DNA of 50,986 nt from Fonticula-like sp. SCN 57-25 (taxonomy: Eukaryota): assembly GCA_001724245.1 (NCBI GenBank), contig MEDX01000021.1:1-50986 (forward strand), in the 5' to 3' direction. Under the pieces are notes generated by a model. That model did no database searches and was not told the DNA's origin. It worked only from the letters and a program-made list of their open reading frames with translations. Both the position numbers and the translations under genes were made by a program. Shown piece after piece: positions 36,506 through 46,730 of the stretch; positions within the stretch are counted from its first letter, which is position 1; each line of letters begins with the position of its first letter.

Positions 36506-37729
36506 CTACTTTGGCGCGAGGATTGCCGCGTCGCGCACGGCGTAAATCTCCTTGCCTCCAATGGTTCCCACCCTTCCGGTCGTGCCAAACGTCGTGAACG
36601 ACTTTACCTCGCCGACGGGCGGCTCGAGCGACACCCACGCAATACCGTTGGCCTTGGCGAGCGTCAGCTCGACCTTGACCGACAAAAAGTTGGCGCGGCA
36701 CTGGTCGGGCGCGATCGGCTACGAATGAACGTGAAGCGTGTCAGCCAATCATTCCACTTTTTCGCAGAAAGCTACCAATGAGAGCAACGCGTACCTGCGA
36801 AAGGGGGATGTTCTTTTGGTAGACTGAGCCATCCTCGAGGACGAGCTCGACGGTCATCTGCTCGTCGGCAAAGTCGATCTTTGACGCCTGCTTGTTGACC
36901 TTTTTGGCAAAGAAGCTGACGATCACGTGCGTCTGCGTCTGGTACCAGTCGATGCGGACCTCTACCTTTTTGGGCGCGGGCGTGGCGGCCGTGATGGCCT
37001 CGGTGTAGCGGTGGCGGCCGGTCTTGCAGCCCTTGATCTTTAGAAACTCGTCAAACTCGAGCACCTTGCGGTTGCAGCACGACCACCCCTTGGACCCTTC
37101 GTGGAAGACGGGCTCGCCGCTGTGAAAAACGCACTCGCTCTTGTCATCCGCGCCGCCGTACGTGTGCTTGCACCAGGGGCGCTTGCACGGCGCGCCGGCA
37201 GCGACCGTGGCGTCGGCGGGATCGTTAACGTCCTCCTCCTTGGGAAGGGCGGCGCTCGCGGGCTGCGTCGACGCCTTGGCGGGGGCAGCGGCGGCGGAAG
37301 AGGAGGGCGCAAAGATGCTGCTGCCAGAGGACGAAAACTCGGTCTTCTGATCGTCCTTGCCGATCTGGCTCGTGTCCGAGAACTGAGGAAGAGGCTCAGT
37401 GTCCACAGTGTGCTTGCCTGATGCAATGGAAAGTGGGTGTAAGAGGGAGCGTAAAAAGGATTTGTGTGTGAAAGCGGCATACCGGTGGTGCAGCCGGGGA
37501 GCGCCATGAACTCTTCAAAGGTCAGGACGCGCTTGGGGCAGCACGCCCATCCCTTTTGGCCTTCGTGAAAGACAGGGCCGCCGGGATGGTACGTGCACGA
37601 GCCCTCCTCATTGGCCGACTCTTCAAAGTTCTAAAAGGCAGAAAAAATGTGTCAGGCAAAGACCAGCGATATTGATAGACGCGTGCGCACCTTGCCGCAG
37701 CCGCGACGGCCGCACTTGAGCTCGGGCAT
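36506..37729 (-). CDS. CHORDC1: CHORD domain-containing HSP90 co-chaperone (2x CHORD + CS), 4 exons
   Basis: CGRRGCG...CTYHPGGPVFHEGQKGWACC, CKRPWC...CVFHSGEPVFHEGSKGWSCC...GCKTGRH, and CS domain RIDWYQTQTHVIVSFFAK...KVELTLAKANGIAW. Confidence 0.92.
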
Positions 37730-38038
37730 CGTTGATCGACCAGAGATCGTCTGAGAAGGTCAAAGAACAATGGCCACGTGGAATGCTGACGGTGCATTGT
37801 GGATTCACAACATTGCAACGCCGAGCAGAAATGCCGCGGCCACAAGCATGCATGTAGCAGGTAGACAGGAAGCGCAGCGTCAATGCTGGAGTATAAAGGG
37901 TTCATTTTCGTCTGTGTTGCTATTTCACGGGCAAAGTTGGCGCAAATTGTGGCCTCTCACCGACCCCCTTTCGCCAAGGGGTGATCGCGTCACTGCTTTA
38001 CTGCACGATTCCACGCGATTGATCGATGCCTTGCAACG

Positions 38039-38896
38039 ATGCGCCCACCTGCGTTGCGCACGCTAGCAGCTCTTTTGCTCGTGCTTGTAGTGCAAGCAAA
38101 CGCAGTGGACATTGCCGGACTCCGTGTCTGCAATGTTGGCGATTGGGTTAATCAGGCCGGTGCGCATCCCGCCCTTGCAGTTGTGCATACTAAAAGAGGG
38201 AAAACTGCCGAGCAGAGCCCGTTTGCGCCGTGCCGGACGTTGTACCAGAGGTCGGCTGTGTTGCAAGCGCAGACTGCTACAGCATCAACTGCGCCACAAA
38301 CTCGTCCTCGGCCACGCTGGTAATATCATTCGACCCTTGCGCTGGGGTACGTGTGCGCTTTTGGCCGCGCGTACTGACGTGTTGCTCTACAGCAACTGGT
38401 GTACACACTGACGGACGCCGACGGCTACGAGGACACTGTGGCTCGCTCTTGTATGCCTTTTTTTTTCTTTTTTCCTCCCTTGCCTCGCTCATTTTTTGCG
38501 CAGTGGTCACCCAGAGCACCCTCAACGGCCCGTTCAGCGTGTCGGTCGCCTTCTCGGACGTCAGCGAGTCGAGCATTTCGGGCCACTTTGTCATAAAAGA
38601 AGGCGAAGACGTCATTTTATTTGATGATGCTAATGTCATTCTCGGCGTTCCCGGTACGCCTCGCTGTCATTGTCGCGCTCGACTGACACGGCGCGGCAGA
38701 CTGCGTCAAGCCGCTGCGCTGCGTGCTGACGATTGTCATTCTTGTGTGTGTAATTGCCGGCCTTATGCTGCTGGGCAGCTGCGTGTGCTGCTGCTTTTGC
38801 TTCCCGCTCAAGCTCGCCGTCATCTTTGTCGTCCTCACGAGCCTCGGGGTCGGGGGAACTTTTCTCGGGACGCGATTTGCGCTCTTCCCTGCCTAG
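38039..38896 (+). CDS. Hypothetical membrane protein (signal peptide, Cys-containing ectodomain, C-terminal hydrophobic hairpin with CVCCCFC), 5 exons
   Basis: MRPPALRTLAALLLVLVVQANA; four in-frame GT-AG introns; stop TAG at 38894-38896. Confidence 0.7.
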
Positions 38897-39132
38897 ACTG
38901 CTGACCATGACTACATCAAGTGTGTTTCTATTTGCATGTTTATCGCTTATATGAATTGTACATAAGGCGCTCTATCAACCCCTCTTGTTTTCAATGCATC
39001 ACTTTTCACTGCAATTTTCGCTCACATGTACCTAGACTGCACCATATTCCTACTTACTTTGCAATGTCTATATTTGATACAAATACACGGTGACTTGCCA
39101 CCCAAAATCGCACAATTTACACATCATTACTT

Positions 39133-40974
39133 TCACTTTTCCTTCTTCTCGTTCATGTACTGCTGCGCCAACATCTGCCACGACTGCTTCTGCTCCACCA
39201 GCTCCCTCTTCCTCCTCGAGTCGCGCAGCCGCCACGCGTGCGCGCCATCCAACTCAAGATCCACGTGGACCTCATCCACATCTGGCACCCTCTCGGCCGT
39301 CAGCTTTGCTTGCTTGGCCACGTGACGCGCGTCGGCGATCGACAGCGCATCGTCGACCGTGATCTGCGCCTCGACGAGAACGTTTTCATTGATGTAGTGG
39401 CAGGCCACGTGGGAGACGGAGCGCACGTCGGGGACGGCGCCAAGAATGGCCGCGCGGACTTCGTCGGAAATCTCGGACGGCGACCGCGGGAGGGCACGTG
39501 GCCCGACGCCCTCGTAAGAGGGGGAGGCGTCATTGTCAATGTCCACGTGGACGAGTACCTCGGAGACGAATGGGAAGTTGTCCATGACGTGCTTGCGCAC
39601 GCGAAGGCCCGCGTGGTGCGCCGACGACACGCTAAGGAGGGGGTTGACTTGCACGTGCATGTCGACGAGCGTGTTGGGGCCCATTGCGCGAGCACGAACG
39701 CGGTGAACGCCAGTAATGTCGGAATCCATTTCCTGTGAAAAGATGTTAAAGTGGGTTAGAACAAGGAAGGAAAGAGCAAAAATGTTCAAAACGATACCAA
39801 GAAGGCACAAAATGAACTAAAACAATCCACACATCATCACAAAACATCATAAAACACATTAAAAACAACGTACGGCAAATTCGTTTGCAGCTATCTCGAT
39901 GTCGTCCCTTGCTGCGTCTGCTGTATTCGCGTCAAGCAGCTGCCTGAACGCGTTCCACCCGTTGTCCGCACCCGCGCGCACGATCATCCCCGCGACGATG
40001 ATGCCCGCAATGGGGTCAAGCACCTGAATACCCGCGGCCGACCCCGCGACGCCGACGAGCGCGACGACGCTCGACACGGCGTCGCTCCTGTGGTGCCACG
40101 CGTTGGCGAGCAGTGTCTGGCTGCGGTGCTGCTTTGCGACGCGCTTGGTCGCGTGAAAGAGCCACTCCTTTGCCGCGATGGACGCGATGATGACGCCAAA
40201 GGCAACGGGATGCGAAATGGAACCGGTCACGACGTCGGCCGCGTTATGCATCAGCACGACCACATCGGACGCGCCGCCGGGGGGCGACGGAAGCGCCGGC
40301 GGCGCCTTCGACACAAAGTCCACGATCTGGTAGTACGCAAAGCGCGCGATGCCAACACCGCCGCCCACGAGGAGGATGCTCACGGCGAGGGCGCCCAGCG
40401 GTTCGTACTTGCCGTAGCCGTACAGGTACTTGGAGTCGGCGGGGCGGCGCGAGATCTTGACAACGGCCAGCGTCACAAAATCGGACAAGAGATCAGTCAG
40501 GGAATGGTACGCGTCAGCTATCAGCGCGGAAGAGTTTACAGCAACTCCGACAAGGCCCTGGAGCAGTGTCAGTACAAGAACAGCGGGGAGGATGGGCGCA
40601 CCTTGCTCACTGACAGGACGAGATTCGTGTACACGCCAACCCACGTGATCCGCGACATGGCGCGCTGTGCTGCACGAGGGCGTGAGAACAGCGACGCAGA
40701 GCAATACAAGCGTACCGTCCTCAGACAGACCGGCGGGAATGCTATGTGAGTGGCCGTGGCTACCGTGCGGCATGGCATGCGCATGCCCCTGCATGCCGCC
40801 GTGCGCGTGCACGTCAGCATGCCCCAGCGACCCATGCGCGTGCGAAACTTGACGCACGCGGCCGCCGCCGTCCGAGTCTCCCGGTGCGGCCGTCGCTGTC
40901 GCGCGCCACCGCAAGGAGTGCGACTGGGCGAGCGGGCGCAGGCGGGAAGCCCGCGCGGCAGCTCGTAGCAGCAT
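39133..40974 (-). CDS. Cation diffusion facilitator, mitochondrial Mmt1/2-like, 4 exons
   Basis: Arg-rich presequence, His-rich segment, SSALIADAYHSLTDL, YGYGKYEPLG, ANAWHHRSDA, and a duplicated C-terminal dimerisation domain. Confidence 0.9.
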
Positions 40975-41195
40975 CACCTCGGGGTATTACAGTACGCGGC
41001 GACGAAATGACAACATCGGCGATCACGTGGGATTGGTTGAAAAGTGGCGGGAAACGCGCCAAGCACAGCAGCATTCAATGTAAAAGTATACTTTGCTAGC
41101 GGGGAACAAAAGGAAATACAAAAATGCATGCTGTTTATTATTGTATCACTGGTGCAGTGTATATACACGGATATTGGCATAGAAGAGCAGTACAT

Positions 41196-42004
41196 CTAGT
41201 AGCCGAGGGGCTCCTTGACGATGATGACGTGGACACGCGGCGTCATCTGAGCGCGCATGACCGACAGGTTGTTGAACGAAGCACCGGCGTTCTTGTACAC
41301 AGCGCGGCAGCGAGCCGACTCGACGGTGTACGCCCACTCGCGCGAGCGCTGGAGGGCCTCCTCGTACGTGGCAGTGATCTTGTTGCTGCCGACGATGAAG
41401 ATGACCTTGTCGGTCGTCAGGATCGGGCCGATCTTGGTGCCGCTGGCGTCAACAAGGACGATCTCGCCAGTCTCGCTGACAGCGGGCGCGCTGGCAAGAG
41501 TGTAGGCGGAGGTGAGGCGGCGGCCGACGATCTCGCGCTGCTTGCTGGGATCCTTGTTGGCGAACATCAGGCCGCGAATATCAGTGAACGGGAGCTCGCC
41601 CTTGATCGACATGTCGAGGTAGCCAATCTCGCGCTGATCATCATACAGTTAGCATCTGGGTTTGTAATAGAACGAAATAAGCGTACCAGGGTGGTCGATC
41701 CGACGCTGGTGACGTCGACGCCGGCCGGGACGATCTTGAGGATCGACGCGAGCGCGTCGGCGGGCTTGTCGACGACCTCGACGGTGTGCTTGAACTGCTC
41801 GAGGCCCTTGCGGGTGCGCTCGATAGCGTCATCTGAGGCGGGGCCGGCGTACTTGGCCTTGACCTCGGCGGGCATGGCGGCGAGCTCGCTGTCCTGCATC
41901 AGCTCGGAAGCGGACGGGACGCCAAAGTTGTTGGGAGCGGAAGCCATCGTGCGAACAAGGCGGGAAGCTTGCGGGCGGAGAGTGAAAGCGCGGCGCAGAA
42001 GCAT
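41196..42004 (-). CDS. LUD (LutC/YkgG)-domain protein, copy with putative mitochondrial presequence, 2 exons
   Basis: GSTTLREIG, LASAPAVSETGEIVLVDASG, KVIFIVGSNKI and RVHVIIVKEPLGY; N-terminus MLLRRAFTLRPQASRLVRT. Confidence 0.8.
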
Positions 42005-42547
42005 GAAGGGAAAAGAAAAGTGGGTTGAAAGTGCGCACACGAGGGGAAAGCAGCTGCTGCCGAGGTAAGGCGAACGGGTGAACGGCGCAATATATTTATG
42101 CCCTCGATCGCCTTGCACTGATTTGTCATGGATTAGTAATCGGCCGCCATTGGTCAGCGATAGCCAATCAGAAGGCTGTTTGTGCGATGATGCGGTCGAG
42201 AACAATCCACCGAGTGCAAACAAAAAAAAGGAAGAGGGCAAGAAGCATAGAAAACAGCGCCAACATGCAGAGCTGATAGAGAAAACACTGCGTATTGTGG
42301 TTGAACATGGCTATTGCACAATGTGGGATAGAGGGCATTGTCCGTATTGACTGTTGTGCCAAGCAATCCCCATGACGCTTTTCATGATGCTGCCACGTGT
42401 AAGATGAAAAAAATGGCTGCCGCCAAGGCGGCCAGTTCTGTCGGTTAGTACGACTTCGTGGTGGTCTGAATTGAGTAAAAGTACACATGCAATATATTTA
42501 TATCCAAAATCGGTCTAGCACTAAGAATACATGCGACTGTCACGCGT

Positions 42548-43287
42548 CTAATAGCCGAGGGGCTCCTTGACGATGATGACGTGGATACGAGGGCTCACCT
42601 GGGCGCGGATCGTAATCATGTTGTTAAAGGACGACCCAGCGTTCTTGTAAACGGCGCGGCAGCGAGCCGACTCGACGGGGTACGCCCACTCGTGCGTGCG
42701 CTTAAGGGCCTCCTCGTACGTGGCAGTGATCTTGTTGCTGCCGACGATAAAGATCACCTTGTCGGTCGTCAGGATCGGGCCGATCTTGGTGCCGCTCGCG
42801 TCAACGAGCACAATCTCACCGGTCTCGCTGATAGCGGGCGCGCTCGCAAGAGTGTACGCGGCGGTCAGGCGGCGGCCAACGAGCTCGCGCTGCTTGCTAG
42901 GATCCTTGTTTCCGTACACGAGGCCGCGCACATCGGTGAAGGGAAGCTCGCCCTTGATCGACTTGTCAAGGTAACCGATCTCGCGCTGATACCAAAGCGT
43001 TAGACGGATAAAGTAGACGCAAAAAAAGAGCGTACCAGAGAAGTCGAACCGACGCTGGTGACGTCGACGCCAGCCGGGACGATCTTGAGGATCGACGCGA
43101 GCGCGTCCTCGGGCTTATCGACAACCTCGACGGTGTGCTTGAACTGCTCGAGGCCCTTGCGGGTGCGCTCGATGGCCTCGTCCGAGGCGCGCGCGGTATA
43201 CTTGGCCTTCACGTCGGGGGCGATGGCGGCCAGCTCGCTGTCCTGCATGAGGTCAGTAGCAGAGGGGACACCGTAGTTGTCAGCCAT
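42548..43287 (-). CDS. LUD (LutC/YkgG)-domain protein, tandem paralog without presequence, 2 exons
   Basis: Near-identical to the neighbouring copy with the same intron position; TATAAAA upstream on the - strand near 43386-43392. Confidence 0.8.
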
Positions 43288-43915
43288 GATGATGTTGTTT
43301 TGTCGCTTGTGGTTTGAGACGAGGTCTGATGACGAAGCTGGATCAGAGGCGGATCTCTAATGCAGAGCCAAAAAAGGCCGCCTCCTTTTATACCTATTCC
43401 ATAATTAGGCCGATTACAAATGATTACAAAACCATGATGCGCTGACAAAGCAGACAATCGACGAACGATCTGCGAACGATTGATTGCAAATACGCACAAG
43501 CCTGTCACAGGCGTGTTGATTGGTAATGCGATTGACTTTTGCGGACGGTTTCCCGCCAACTTTTTTTTGGCTAGTTTTCGTCAACACCGGCCATTGCAAG
43601 ATTCCATGAATCATTCAGAGGCTCGCATGGCGCAAAACAAGGCACGCTGGGCCGTGTAAGCAAAGTGCCGAGAGGGATATTAATAGTCTAATGCTTGTAC
43701 AACTCGTGCTGATCAAACAAAAACCAACAAAACGCAAGCAAGATCATACATAAAGCAAACAACTACATGATAGGACGTCAAACCAGAGAAAAGCGGGGAA
43801 ATATTACACCTTGACGGGACTCTCTGCACTATAGGAAGTGCTCTCTGCCCAATTGGGCGTGAAAGTGATCACTGTATTGGCTGCAATGTGACGTGAGACA
43901 CGAGCAAAGTGATCA

Positions 43916-45101
43916 TTAGGTCGTACCATCTCCCTCGTTCACAGCTTCGAGCACGGCCGGTGGCAGGTACTTTAGCATGTCGCTCGACACCATTGCCTTG
44001 AGCTCTGCCACGGTGCACTTGTTAAAGCCCATCCTGGTGAGCACCTCAATGTCGTCGTTGATCTCGAACGGCACGTCAAACTCGAACCGGAATTGTGTGC
44101 TGCCGCCGACAAATGTGAGCAAGCGCAGGCAAAAACAAAAAAGACCGTACCTGGCGGGCGTCATTTCGCAGTTGATGCGCGCCTCCTTGTGAGTATTGAC
44201 GAGGATAAATGGGAGCGCGATGCACGACTTGGGGTCAGGCTTATCGGGCAGCGTGGCGTTGCGCTTGACGAGATTATTAAACACAATGCGCTGAAGCAGC
44301 AGCTCTTGAAAGTGGATATACTTTTGCCGGATCCGCTGCGTGGCGTCGTACTTGCTCGTCTATCGCGACAAACGTGTTAGAGTTGCGGCGTCAGCATCGG
44401 CAAAAGGCGCACCTCAAAAAGCGCCGCTTCCTGGGTCGACGTTGTCGGCAGCCCGTTCCAGCGAATGTCCTTCTTTTCCTTGAAGATGATGTTCAATGCC
44501 ATGAGGACATTGAGCGCATCGTATACACGGCGGCGGATGTTTTTCTGCGATCCACGTGAGCCAAAAGTGCGCGGGAAAGTACGCATCGGCGAAAAAAAAA
44601 AGAAAGCGCACCTCTTCGCCGATCATTGACGTCGGGTCCGCCGCGCACTCGTTGACGAGCTCGTCGGCCACCTCATTGTATGTTGTGCATCCCTTCTCCT
44701 CGACCTTTTGACAGACGCGCATGCTGAATTGACGCAACCCCTTGTTGCCCTTGTCGCTGTCGCGCGTCCCAGAGCTGCTCGAGACGCGCGGGAGCTTCTT
44801 CTTCTTGGCGTCGTCTTGCGAACCCGGCGCGAGAAAGTCGCCGCGGCCCTGTGTCCCCCCCATGCCTGCATGGCGGGGCCGCCCCTGCGATGATGACCCC
44901 CGGACATCAGTGTCCGTCGAAGACTCATAACCATCCGACGAGGGAAGCCCGGAAGAAGAAATATTCGCGTCGTCCATCCGAAGGCGCTTCACGGTGTCGC
45001 CCGGCACATCCACCTTCCGCTTGGCCGCTGCAACATGCCAATCATCAGTTTGCGTTCCAAATCGCGCGGGAACACGGAGACGACGTACCGGAAACGTCCA
45101 T
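43916..45101 (-). CDS. TFDP: Transcription factor DP (E2F dimerisation partner), 5 exons
   Basis: [47 protein letters not shown]...[17 protein letters not shown] and [14 protein letters not shown]. Confidence 0.95.
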
Positions 45102-45332
45102 ATTCCCTCCTGCTTTAAGATCTGGTCACAACAACTAGCCAACCGCTTTCCCGCAAAATAAAGATACACCCCGACACAAAGGCGGCGCTGATCACCTCCT
45201 ACTCTGGGTGGCCGCCTCGATCAACCCACGATTGCAGCCTGCCAGATCGCCTTGTCAATGCGAGAGGGGAAGAATTTTTTCTCATTGAAAGTCGGATTGA
45301 ACCCTACCGTATTATTTTCAAAATCGACAAAG

Positions 45333-45944
45333 ATGGCGGGACCGCGCGCGCACTGGCCCTCGGTGCTCGAGATGTGGCGCGCGTTCCTTTGGGTTGGTGC
45401 CGTGGGCGCGCTTCTGGACGCCGGGCATACGTTCACTGATGTGCTGGGCTATAACAAGCCGGACATTGTGTACTGGCGGACGGCGTGGTGGGTGCCCCCG
45501 CAGTTTGGCGTCGGCGGCATCATCATGCTCATCCTGCCCCACATTGTCGGCTTCCGCCCGCACCGCCTTTGCCAAGAGTCGGTTCTCTACGTCCAGATCA
45601 TGAGCGCAGTGTTTGTGTATGCCATTTCTTCTGTTTTGTCGCTCTACAAGTGGACCGATGCCGGCATCAGCGCCTTCCTCGCCTTCTCCGTCATCGCGAC
45701 GTGGGCCATCACCGACACGTCGGCGCACTCGCTGGGTGTCTGCATGCTGGCGGGTCTGCTCGGCTGGGCGTACGAGGGAACTCTCTGCCACCTCGGCTTT
45801 TTCCACTACAACAACCCGGATCTGTGGCATGTGCGCCACTGGATCTGCTGGATCTGGGCCGGCGTCGCACTTGCGGGGCACGGCATCGCGAGCGATCTTT
45901 TGCGCACACGGATCCGTGCGCCCGCTACCAAAAAGACCGACTAG
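45333..45944 (+). CDS. Multi-pass membrane protein, INSIG-like family (tentative), intronless
   Basis: GALLDAGH...Y, AWWVPPQFG and EGTLCHLGFFHYNNPDLWHVRHWICWIW; about 6 TM segments. Confidence 0.55.
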   Translation: MAGPRAHWPSVLEMWRAFLWVGAVGALLDAGHTFTDVLGYNKPDIVYWRTAWWVPPQFGVGGIIMLILPHIVGFRPHRLCQESVLYVQIMSAVFVYAISSVLSLYKWTDAGISAFLAFSVIATWAITDTSAHSLGVCMLAGLLGWAYEGTLCHLGFFHYNNPDLWHVRHWICWIWAGVALAGHGIASDLLRTRIRAPATKKTD

Positions 45945-45995
45945 CCTACATGAATAATGTATTCTTGTTTCTATAAATTGAGGTAATATATATTT

Positions 45996-46537
45996 TTACG
46001 ACTTTGTCAGGAAAGGGTCGTCCCGCAGCGAGGCCAGGCCTGGCTTGTCGAGCTCGGTGTTGGCAAACTCAATGTCCGAATTAATGGCAGTGATAAGCTC
46101 GTCGAGGCTACCAAAATTGCGCTCGGGGCGGATAAAGCCCAGAACGACCACCCGAAGCTCCTCGCCGTAGAAATCATGCTCAAACTTGTGCATCACGTGA
46201 ATCTCCTACAGTCGGGGATTAGCACGGGATTAACAAGAAGCGCGATCTCGCACCGAAGTTTTCTTTTCATTCTTGTAAAATGGGTTCCAGCCGAGGCTCA
46301 TGACCATTTTGTAGACGCCGCCGAGCACGCTGCACCACCCAAAGTAGATGCCAGTGTCGAGATCCTGGGCTATCCGCGCCGTTTCCTCGTCAGGAAGATT
46401 GGCTGCCGACGATCGTTAACACGCGGGATCCATGGATTTTCGGCCGTACCTGTGGGAATGCCCAGCTGTTTGCTACCGCGTCCAAAACCCCGGACGACAT
46501 TGCCGCGCATCCGCACTGCCTGGAACGAGCCCCCCAT
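45996..46537 (-). CDS. RFK: Riboflavin kinase, 3 exons
   Basis: GNVVRGFGRGSKQLGIPTAN, GIYFGW, MVMSLGWNPFYKN and EIHVMHKFEHDFYGEEL...GFIRPE. Confidence 0.95.
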
Positions 46538-46730
46538 CCTGGGCGCCGAGTCACCTTTCGCTGAGTCAGCCACGCAATGATGAGTCAGCGTAACGTCAGA
46601 CGATCCTCTCATTTTATCGTACACAGTTGTGAAAAACGCAACGCACATAAACAGAGCAGAAAGGGTGATATATATTAATGCTCAATATAGATTGTATGTA
46701 CACATTTGAAGTGTTTGATAGGATTCCATC

